A stretch of DNA of 64,000 bases, from NCBI RefSeq assembly GCF_032444005.1, contig NC_091286.1, positions 50,096,001 through 50,160,000 of the forward strand, read 5' to 3'. Positions 1 through 10,450 of this stretch are shown here, piece after piece (the first letter of the stretch is position 1; each line of letters starts with the position of its first letter). This DNA comes from Ranitomeya imitator (lineage: Eukaryota). Under the pieces are notes generated by a model. The model worked only from the letters and a program-made list of their open reading frames with translations. It did not search any database and was not told where the DNA came from. A program made the position numbers and the translations under genes.

Positions 1-305
1 GTAATGATGATAATAGCAAATACCTCCATTAGAAATGTAGTATAGTTTTTCTGATTGGCTATGTCTTTCCTCATGTAGAGGCATTGCAGGACCTTATATA
101 TCCATGGTAACGACGAATGATATAGTGACAATTAGTTAGCTAATGGTTGTAACCATGGATACCTAAGGTCCTGCAATGCCTGCATGTGAGGAAAAACAAA
201 GCAAATCAGAAGAATTATACTACATTTCTAATTAGAGGGATTTGCTAATATTATTATTACACCTACTAAATATGGGGATGGGACCTTGGAGATGGGAATA
301 CCCCT
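1..305. mobile_element. T2/Kolobok-like MITE, left end outside window
   Basis: Internal inverted repeat (1-130 vs 140-260); ends ...GGGAATACCCCT followed by TTAA (306-309), the pattern of amphibian TTAA-targeting T2-family MITEs. Confidence 0.5.
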
Positions 306-439
306 TTAAGTTTAAAAAAAAGTTAAAAAAATGGACAACCCCTTTTAATGTAGCGGTATTATAGACTGGCGGGCGTTGTAATATAACGTGTGTGCCTCAG
401 TGGGGCGTAATTAGATCTGGAAATTAGTCTCCGTAACTA

Positions 440-1976
440 CCGTATATACTCGAGTATAAGCCGACCCGAGTATAAGCCGACCCCCCCTAATTTTGCCACA
501 AAAAACTGGGAAAACTTAATGACTCGAGTATAAGCCTAGGGTGGGAAATGCAGCAGCTACTGGTAAATTTCAAAAATAAAAATAGATACCAATAAAAGTA
601 AAATTAATTGAGACATCAGTAAGTTGTGTTTTGAATATCCATATTGTATCAGGAGCCCCATATAATGCTCCATACAGTTTATGATGGGCTGCATAAGATG
701 CTCCATAGAGATATTTGCCCCATATAATGCTGCACATAGCTCCATAAGATGCTCCATACAGATAATTGCCCCATATAATGCTGCACATGGCCCCGTAAGA
801 TGCTCCATACAGATAATTTCCCCATATAATGCTGCACATGGCCCCATAAGATGCTCCATACAGATAATTGCCCCATATAATGCTGCACATGGCCCCATAA
901 GATGCTCCATACAGATAATTTCCCCATATAATGCTGCACATGGCCCCATAAGATGCTCCATACAGATAATTGCCCCATATAATGCTGCACATGGCCCCAT
1001 AAGATGCTCCATACAGATAATTGCCCCATATAATGCTGCACATGGCCCCATAAGATGCCCCATACAGATATTTGCCCCATATAATGCTGCACATAGCTCC
1101 ATAAGATGCTCCATACAGATAATTGCCCCATATAATGCTGCACATGGCCCCATAAGATGCTCCATACAGATAATTTCCCCATATAATGCTGCACATGGCC
1201 CCATAAGATGCTCCATACAGATAATTTCCCCATATAATGCTGCACATGGCCCCATAAGATGCCCCATACAGATATTTGCCCCCATATAATGCTGCACGTG
1301 GCCCCATAAGATGCTCCATACTGATAATTGCCCCAAAAAAAGCTACACATGGCCCCATACAGATATTTGCCCCATATAATGCTGCACCTGGCCACATAGA
1401 TATTTGCCCCATATAATGCTGCACATGGCCACATAAGAAGCTCCATACAAGTATTTGCCCCCATATATACACTGCACATGGCCCCATAAGATGCTCCATA
1501 CAGACATTTGCCCCATATGCTGTTGCTGCGATTAAAAAAATTACATACTCACCTCTCAGGCCCCTGGCACTTGCTATATTCACCTGCTCCGTGTTCAACC
1601 GACGACCGTCGCTGTGTCTTCCCATCTTCTGCTTTGACGTTCAGGCAGAGGGAATCGTGCACTAATCGCGTCATCGCACCCTCTGCTCTGAGCATCAGTG
1701 CAGAGGAAGCGAATATGGACCCCACCCCTATGGGAGTGGGGTCCATTTTCATTACTGTAATGAGCGGTACCATGTGACTGCTCACTACAGGAAGAAGCTG
1801 CCGGCGCCAGGGAAAAGATGTGCAGGAACCGCACCAGGAGCAGGTGAGTATTATTACACAGATCCGCTCCCCCTCCCCTGCCGACCCCTGGGTATGACTC
1901 GAGTATAAGCCGAGAGGGTTACATTCAGCTCAAAAAAGTGGGCTGAAAATCTCGGCTTGTGCTTGAGTATATACGG
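440..1976. mobile_element. Tc1/mariner-superfamily (pogo/Tigger-like) MITE carrying a minisatellite and a CpG core
   Basis: TA (438-439) CCGTATATACTCGAGTATAAGCCG ... CGGCTTGTGCTTGAGTATATACGG TA (1977-1978): terminal inverted repeats plus TA duplication. Confidence 0.8.
697..1520. repeat. 51-bp minisatellite (about 15 units)
   Basis: Unit GATGCTCCATACAGATAATTGCCCCATATAATGCTGCACATGGCCCCATAA; explains the 17-aa periodic ORFs. Confidence 0.95.
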
Positions 1977-3623
1977 TACATCATAAAATAAAGGAATTAG
2001 TTTTACCAACAACTCTGAACCCCATCGCTCGGTGCCTCTAATCAGTGACCGGGTGATTGTCCATTCAGTTACCCGGCCACTGATTGTCTGCAGGGTCAGG
2101 TGACTGATGGATGGCACATTATCCCGTTCATCAGTCACCATGCCCTTCAGCCAATTATTGGTCAGATGACTAAATGGAGATGGTGTCATCACTTCTGGTC
2201 TCCACAGAGATCACAGGAGATGCAGGGGTTCACAATGGCTAGTAAAATGTAATTTCTTTTTCCTTTTTTAAAAAATCCTTTCTTTCTGGCACGTTTTTAA
2301 AAATCCCTTGAAAATCCCTTTTAACACCGCTTTGTAGGGTAGCAAATGGTGGTATAACCGCTGAGGCCCCATGACAATCCTAACGAGTCCTTTTCTTAGC
2401 GCTGACCTAGCTATGAAGGCACGTGCAGCCGAGTAGGAATTGGGCCCGGGGTGTCTTCCTTAGGACACGTTCACACGGCCATATTTTTGGTCCATGTTTG
2501 TGGTCGGAGGTTCCCGATATACTTGTATAGTGAAATTAGTCACGTGAACGCGTCCTCAGTCACTTTCTATCATGCTATACAAGGTTTATTATTCACAGTT
2601 TTTCACCGTTTGAGCCCTATTACAATATTTAAGCTCCACGTCTTTAGTATTTTTCTGCTCCAGACCTTCCCGTACTTTGCTGATATTTCTGCTGTGCGAT
2701 CTGTGTTTTCGGCGATGCAGACTTAAACTCAAGCTGACAACTCTCCATGTAAATTGGTTTTTAGAAGCTTTTGAGAAATGAGTCTGTAAAAATATATTGA
2801 TTTTATTTTGTTTGCCTTTTTACGGATCTGCACGTGTCCTCACGGACTCTTTATTTTCAGCGTTTGCAGTTTGTTGGTTTGAGAAATTGGAATAGTAAGA
2901 TGTCCCAGCGGCCGTAAAAAGGCCCATTAATGGGGCACATGGATTAAATCTGTGAGGATTGCCATCTTCGGAGCCTGATCTCTTCTTGAATCTTTCTCTT
3001 CATACCACAGAATATTTCATCTGGGGCAATAATAAAGAATGTAAGCTTCATTGTATACCGAGAGGTTTTAAAAAGTCCAATTCTCTGATTTTTTTGCTTA
3101 TTAAAGTATCTCTACTTACTATAAAGTAACGTTTTTTGTTTTTTCTTGAAATTGTTGAAAGATTTATCCAGGTTTTTTTTCCGGTTGTGTTAATGCAGGG
3201 AATGTCATAAACCATTCCCTAAAAATGTATTCTCGCCTAGTAAACACCCCCTTCCCCTGCTCCAGCAATACCAAGCTGTAAAGGGGTTGTCCAGGCAAGG
3301 GACACAAGTCTGCAGTCACTGTATATGACCTCACGCTGATAAATTCTGACAGCGTGCGGTGTGCCCACTGTCACAATCCCCCAGTATTACTTGTGCAAGC
3401 AGAGGGCCATGTGAACCCTTGTGTGTGCGTCGTGCTTCTAGACATGTTCGGCCTCTCAATAGAAATGAATCGAGAGAAGTTGAATGAGACTAGTTGGCAC
3501 ATGCAAATCGTGTACATGCAGTCGCGTGGCCGCCCCCTGCACCACCAATATGCACACTGTCACGATTCTGCTTTCCACAGTCACATGGAGTGACTGCAGA
3601 CGTTTTTGTTCCAAGCCTGAACA

Positions 3624-4116
3624 AGGGAATCTGTCAACAGGATTCCTCACACCCACCCCACTATGTATATGAATATGTAAGTCTTTCAAAAAGAGGTCCA
3701 GATGTACATTTACATGGCCAGTCTATTCCTCTGTTACTGAGGAATTGGCACTTGAACTGATATGCAAATGAGAGTGTAGATCTGAAGCCTCTGTCACTCC
3801 AGCCCTATTCCCCTTTGCGCCATCTCCTCCTGGTCGACTGATAGCCCCTTTGCCTGAAGTCACACAGCATAGAGGCTGTCGATCAATGAGGAGGAGTTGG
3901 CATTGGGCGAGGAATAGAGCTAATCTAACATAGCTTTTTAGTCTAATTTTTATATCAATTCACACTTAACCCTTAGCCTAATTTTATATCAATTAACACT
4001 TCTTAGTAACGGAGCAACAGGCTGACCTTGTAAAGGTATTGCTCATCTTGATTTTTGAAAGGGCTACATGTGCATATAAATAGATTGAGGGGGAAATCCT
4101 GCTGACAGATTCCCTT
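3624..4116. mobile_element. T2/Kolobok-like MITE
   Basis: AGGGAATCTGTCA...TGACAGATTCCCT inverted termini, right end followed by TTAA; related copies near 6190-7624 and 45369-45806. Confidence 0.55.
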
Positions 4117-4205
4117 TTAACTTTCTGTTAGTGATAACATGTTGACCATGTCTACATGGCTGTAACCATTCATTGTCCTCTGGTGCTGTCAAGTGCGGCC
4201 ATTGA

Positions 4206-4666
4206 TGTCTCCCTGTGCGGTGCAGTCTCCCTGTGCGGTGCAGTCTCCCTGTGCGGTGCTGTCTCCCTGTGCGGTGCTGTCTCCCTGTGCGGTGCTGTCT
4301 CCCTGTGCGGTGCTGTCTCCCTGTGCGGTGCAGTCTCCCTGTGCGGTGCTGTCTCCCTGTGTGGTGCTGTCTCCCTGTGTGGTGCTGTCTCCCTGTGTGG
4401 TGCTGTCTCCCTGTGCGGTGCTGTCTCCCTGTGCGGTGCTGTCTCCCTGTGCGGTGCTGTCTCCCGGTGCGGTGCTGTCTCCCGGTGCGGTGCTGTCTCC
4501 CTGTGCGGTGCTGTCTCCCGGTGCGGTGCTGTCTCCCTGTGCGGTGCTGTCTCCCTGTGCGGTGCTGTCTCCCTGTGCGGTGCTGTCTCCCTGTGCGGTG
4601 CTGTCTCCCTGTGCGGTGCTGTCTCCCGGTGCGGTGCTGTCTCCCGGTGCGGTGCTGTCTCCCTGT
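4206..4666. repeat. 18-bp minisatellite (about 25 units)
   Basis: Unit CTGTCTCCCTGTGCGGTG, highly homogeneous. Confidence 0.95.
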
Positions 4667-5187
4667 CTGGGGTGGGTGCGTGCCTGTGGCTATCCCTGTC
4701 TGCTCCTTTTGCCCGGTTTATAGTCCGGAATCACTACTGTGTAGAACTCCTTACACTGCGGAGATCAGGGTTTTCTCTGATTTTCGCTGTTGGAACAGGA
4801 AGGCTGCTATGATTGTCAGCTGCGCTCCTGACCCTTTGCTTACACCATGTCAGTATCATATTAGCACGGTTCTGTGCTGGATAATTCCTGTTCCTGTTGC
4901 TGTTTTTCTATGTCACGTTCATTTTGATCATTTATCACGTAACTTTGTCAGCCAATCATGGCAGAGCCCTATGACTGTGTATATAGAGCTGTCCCATGAT
5001 TGCCTATTCTAGCGATGCGGCATGACCTCACATGTCACCACCTGGCGCACCAGTGACTGTGGAAGCAAACTTTCCCGGTGGTGTGAATGGTGTTACAGAT
5101 TAGATGTGATTTAGTATACAGTAATACCACAATTAATGTTTTAATGTAATCTAATGTTTTCTTGTTTTTTTTTTTTTTTTTTTTAAG

Positions 5188-5424
5188 TTGTCTACTGTAG
5201 CGAATCAGATGGCTCCAAATGACAACGAAATAATTCAGGTTGATGGCACCGGGGATACGTCCTCTGATGAAGAGTTAGGAGCGGTGAGAGATATTGATGA
5301 GAACGAGTTCCTGGGTATTATTGACACTGAAGATCTGAAGGCGCTGGAAGATGATTCTGGATCTAACGATTCCACCAGTAATAGCAGCGATGATGAGGAT
5401 CCGGAGATTGACGTGATTGAGGAG
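5188..5424 (+). CDS. GTF2A1L: GTF2A1L (ALF) third-last coding exon: taspase cleavage motif and acidic region
   Basis: Poly-T tract + AG acceptor (5186-87), GT donor (5425). Translation ...EIIQVDGTGDTSSDEELGAVRDIDENEFLGII...SNSSDDEDPEIDVIEE matches ALF as I recall it. QVDG taspase-1 site at 5236-5247. Phase 0 joins in frame to the next exon. Confidence 0.92.
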
Positions 5425-6407
5425 GTACGGCACATGATACTACAGCGCTGTATTCAGGTACACTTGGATTGTTGCTCCTAAGTCTCACCTGCGGATTATA
5501 ATCTAATGCCGCTAGGCAGCTCGTGGGTCTACAGCTCCATGCATTTGCCAAAGAACACATGTAAGTATAACTGCAGGATCAGATTACACACTGGGTTTAT
5601 TTTTAAGCCTGAAATCATGAAGTCCATAAATCTACTCAGGAGCTTGATATGCAAATGTATAGAATAACTTGATTTAATCGAGGCCTTATGCATTGTTGCT
5701 TCACTTTTTGAGTCTAGATGAAGGTCAAGTGCGTACATGAGGAATAACACTACTTCCTTTTATTATGTGACTCATATCCTGCGTTTTCACTATGCATGCA
5801 CAATACAGAATTGTCTTTTCTTGAGCTACTGGATGGAGACTAGTTGCTATGATATATCTCATACACACCAAATACATAAATAATGGATTCCTACTCTCAT
5901 GACAGAAGGAACGGCCTGAAGGATGTTTTACTGTAGTGCTGCTGACCAGTGTAACTGTGAATCCTGCATTGGGATGGGTTAAAACATTTACTAGCAAGCA
6001 GCAACAATATCTCTGTGCAACCATTTACTCCAGCCATCTCCCCTACTACCTGTCGCTCTGTCCATACATGTATGTAGGAGGCATCAAGTGTATGGAGTTC
6101 TGGGTATGGATTTTATCAGCAGGTATGCTCAGTACGGGAGGCAGAAGAAAGGTAAAAATATGTTTTGTTTTTTTTAAAAGAAAATTTAAGAGCAGGATTT
6201 TCCACTATTTTTTATGTGCGTGCAACTTTCAAAGACAAGTCCAGCAATACCTTTACATGGCCAGTCCATTTCTGAGAAATCAGTGTTTGAATTGACTGAG
6301 GAGCTATGGTAGATCTTAAGCCTCTGTCACTCCAGCTCTATTCCCCACCCAGCGATGCCACCTTCTGCATGACTGACAGCTGCTTTGCCTGATGTCACAC
6401 AGCATAA

Positions 6408-7399
6408 GGCCTGTTTCACACGTCAGTGTCTCCGGTACGTGAGGTGACCGTTTCCTCACGTACCGGAGACACTGACACACGTAGACACATAAAAATCAAT
6501 GCATCTGTGCAGATGTCATTGATTTTTTTGCGGACCGTATCTCCGTGTGCCAAACACTGAGACATGTCAGTGTTCGTGGGTGCGCACGTATTACACGGAC
6601 CCATTAAAGTCAATGGGTCCGTGTAAAACACGTACCGCACACGGACGTTGTCCGTGTGCAGTCCGTGTGCCGTGCAGGAGACAGCGCTACATTAAGCGCT
6701 GTCCCCCCCCACTGGTGCTGAAGCCGCGATTCATATCTTCCCTGCAGCAGTGTTTGCTGCAGAGAAGATATGAATAATAGTGTTTAAAATAAAGATCTAT
6801 GTGCCCCCCGCCCTCCCACCCCCTGTGCGGCCCCCCGCTGTTCTGAAAATACTCACCCAGCTCCCTCGTTGGCTGTCGCTTCTTCCTGTTCTGGCCGCAT
6901 CTTCTCCTGTATGTGGTCACGTGGGGCCGCTCATTTACAGTAATGAATATGCGGCTCCACCTCCCATAGGGGTGGAGCCGCATATTCATTACTGTAATCA
7001 GCGGCCCCACGTGACCGCATACAGGAGAAGATGCGGCCAGAACAGGAAGCAGCGCCGGCGAGGGAGCGAGTCGGGTGAGTATTTTCAGAACAGCGGGGGG
7101 CGCACAGGGGCTGGGAGGGCGCTGGGCACATAGATCTTTATTTTAAACACTATTATTCATATCTTCTCTGCAGCAAACACTGCTGCAGGGAAGATATGAA
7201 TCGCGGCTTCAGCACCAGATGCTGGTACGTGTGGTACCCAGCACGGTGCGTGTGGTACCCAGTGGGCACATGGGCGGCACACGTGTGCTGCACGTGTGCC
7301 ACACTGATGTGCCACAGAAATGTAGGGGCACACGGACACGGATAATTCCGGTACCGATTTTTTCCGGTACTGGAATTATCTGGACGTGTGAAACCGGCC
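6408..7399. mobile_element. PIF/Harbinger-like (Tourist-type) MITE inserted in a T2-like MITE
   Basis: TAA|GGCCTGTTTCACACGTC...GACGTGTGAAACCGGCC|TAA; 3-bp TAA duplication. The host repeat CACACAGCA(TAA)AGGCTGTC is rejoined when it is removed. Confidence 0.85.
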
Positions 7400-8847
7400 T
7401 AAAGGCTGTCAGTCAAACAGGAGGAGGTGGTGGTTCTGGTCAAGCAATAGAGCTGGAGTGACAGAGGCTTCAGATCTACAAATAATTTTCAGCCTCTTGC
7501 ATATCAAATCAAGCACTGATTTATCACTAGACTTACCATGTAAATGTATATTGTTGGGCTTGTCTTGAAGGAGCTACATACACATACAAATAGCTTGGGG
7601 GTAAAATCCTGATGACAATTCCCTTTAAGTGGTGATATTTATTTTTCGCTATGAAATTATATTACATAGTTGCCCATTTTCACTTGTAATATGGATTTAT
7701 TTAACAAAAAAAAAAAAGTTAATTTCTTACCAGGTACTCATGCTGAAGCACAACTGTTTTTTTTAATCCCAGCTGATTAACCCTTTACATTGCATAGCAA
7801 AAAAAATAAATTCTGCAACTACGGTTGAAGTATAAGCTCTGTACATTAATTTATTTTAGTACCTTATTCATCAAGTTACCTTTAATCCCATTGTCGAGTT
7901 TCTTCTACATGAACAGATATTTTTCTTCTTTTCTTACCTCTCGTCATTGGCTGCTGGCTTCCGAGTATTTAATTATTATTAATTATGCAGCGACCAATTC
8001 CTCCAGTTCTTTTTCATCTATAATAGGAGCACCGGGTGCTAATGTTTAATGTGTTTTATTTTTTAATAAGCTGCTGATTTAGAGTAGCACTTTAATACCT
8101 TTCCTTTCATTTGATTCTTTATAGCCAATTGCTGTCATGCTAACACATCTTAAGGAATCAATTAAACTGATGGATTTTATGCCGCTAGATAAGTCTCCGT
8201 GTAATAAAGGGCCCACATGTCCTAGTCTGCTGCAAACGTCTCCTGTTCGGAGATTCCAGTTCGGAGTTGTCACGCAGCGGAAATTATTGGTGCCGTTTAA
8301 TGAGACGAAATTAAAGAGTGAATTGTTTAGACGCCTGTCTGGATTTCCAAAAGTCTTCTAAAAAAGATTGAGGGGGAATATTACACTATAAAGTTATCCT
8401 GGGAGTCCATATCAAATCACGTGAACTGTTAGAAAAAAAATATAAAGTTACGGGAGGAGTTGCATATACCATGCGGCAACATAACTATTTATTTTTGAAC
8501 ATGAAATACAAGAAATAGGCAAAACATTTAAATATAAAGGAACCCCCATACCTGGAAATCAATGAGGGCACACCAACTTCTTAGACCCACACCTACCCGA
8601 TATTTTTCTACAGGAATATGCCATAAATGTCTATCATTAGACAACCCCTTTAACATCGTCCTCTGCTTATATCGAATAAATAGCTTGCAACATTTTTTTT
8701 TTCCCCTGTATAGGATGATTGTGCCTTTTTAGTGAAAATCTTGACATTGTGGAGCCTCTGTGTTAGTGATTTTCAGTAAAAAGTGGCACATTTCTAAAGT
8801 GAGATTTGGAATTCTGCTGTTACCTTGTGTACATAACTGCAGCTTAA

Positions 8848-9313
8848 GGGTAAGTTCACACTAAGCGTTTTTTCCAGCTTTGGTTTTTTTTTTCTGCAGA
8901 AAACCTAATCTCTTGGTAGGAAAGAAGCTGCAAAAAAAAGCATTTTTTCCCTGGTTTTTCATGTGTTTTGCTGGGGTTTTTGGCATGCTAAGATTTGTCT
9001 CTTGTGCATGCTGATAAAGTTTAGTGTTGAAAAAAAGTCCTATTCCATAGAATTCAGTTTTGGCACAAAAAACCGCAGCAAAACCTGACACCTGCGTTTT
9101 TTTTCAGCGTTTTTTCACTACCCACTCAAATCAATGGATGAAAAACTCTGAAAGAAGTGACATGCTCTATGTCCAAAAAAAACATGCAAAGTACAAAATA
9201 CTGATGACAAAAAATGAGATTTCTGAAATCTCGTAGGATTTGATGGTACTGTAAAACACAGCTGAATATTAGCATGAAAAATGCAGCAAAAACGCCAGGT
9301 GTGAACTTAGCAT
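8848..9313. mobile_element. Harbinger-like MITE
   Basis: TAA|GGGTAAGTTCACAC...GTGTGAACTTAGCAT imperfect inverted termini. Confidence 0.5.
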
Positions 9314-9383
9314 TAGGCTCTGCATGTAATGCCTTTTTTTTTTTACACCCTTATTTTAATTTAGTTTTTTTTCCTCTCTCTAG

Positions 9384-9473
9384 GATCCTTTAAATTCTGG
9401 AGATGATGTGAGTGAACAAGAAGTTCCAGACCTTTTTGACACTGATAACGTTATAGTTTGTCAGTACGACAAG
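9384..9473 (+). CDS. GTF2A1L: GTF2A1L penultimate coding exon
   Basis: TAG acceptor (9381-83), 90 nt encoding DPLNSGDDVSEQEVPDLFDTDNVIVCQYDK, AAG|GTACT donor. TFIIA beta-subunit conserved block. Confidence 0.97.
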
Positions 9474-9544
9474 GTACTCCAGCTGTTCAATTACCATTGA
9501 CTTTTGCCAAGCAGCTTTTTTTTTTATGTCAAGTGCTGACATTG

Positions 9545-10290
9545 ATGTCTCCCTGTATGGGGTGAATGCCTATGTGGGGTGCACGCTGGTGTGTACTTGT
9601 GTCTGTCCCTGTATGGTGTGTGCGTGTATCCCTGTAGGGTGTGTCTCTGTATTGTGTGTGCCCCTATATGGTGTGTGTATGCGTATCCCTGTATGGGGTG
9701 TGTCCCCTGTATTGTGTGTGTGTGCGCTCGCATGCGTGTCCCTGTATGGGGTGGTGTGTGTTGTGTCCCTGTATGGTGGGTGTGCATATTTTTGTCCCTG
9801 TAGGGGGAGGTGTGCATGTGTGTATTCCTGTATGGTGTGTACATGCGTGTATCCCTGTTTGGTGTGCATGAGTGTCTCTGTACTGTGTGTGTGCATCTAT
9901 GTCCCTGTTTGGTGTGTGTATTTGTGTGCGCATGCATGTACCTGTATGGGGTCTGTGTGCGCATCCATGTACCTGTATGGGGTCTGTGCGCATGCATGTC
10001 CCTGTATGGGGTCTGTGCGCATGCATGTCCCTGTATGGGGTCTGTGTGCGCATGCATGTCTCTGGGGTGTGTGTGCACATGCGTGTCCCTGTTTGGGGTG
10101 TGTGTGTGTGTGTGTGTGTGTATGCGTGTCCCTGTATGGGGTGTGTGTGCATGTGTGTACCTGTATGGGGAGTGTGTGTTTGTGTCCGTCTCTGTATGGA
10201 GTGTGTGTGTGTGTGTCTCTGTATGGAGTGTGTCTATCACTGTATGGAGTGTGTGTCTGTCCCTGTAAGGTGTGTCTCTGTATGATGCCA
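9545..10290. repeat. Degenerate GT-rich minisatellite
   Basis: Repeating GTCCCTGTATGGGGTGTGTG(T/C)GCATGC motif with (GT)n runs. Confidence 0.9.
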
Positions 10291-10450
10291 AGAACGGCCT
10301 TCTAACTACAGGCCTCATTACATAATATCAGGTTACACGTTGTGTTAGGGGACAGCTATATATATTTTTGTAGATATTATATACTTTTCCCAGCCTTCAA
10401 AATAGCACTTAATGGCTTTCGAAATGGTCATGATATGGGTCTGAGGTTAA

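Noticed and set aside
557-1625. Long ORFs on both strands (202-351 aa)
   Set aside because: By-product of a 51-bp stop-poor minisatellite inside a MITE; no splice or homology support.
4156-5012. Cys-rich periodic ORFs resembling keratin-associated or metallothionein proteins
   Set aside because: Translation of an 18-bp tandem repeat, open in all three frames.
1-5187. Upstream GTF2A1L exons
   Set aside because: No recognisable TFIIA-like coding sequence. The central exon is poorly conserved, so it could have been missed.
9524-10318. His/Thr-rich and Cys/Val-rich ORFs
   Set aside because: GT-rich minisatellite artefact.
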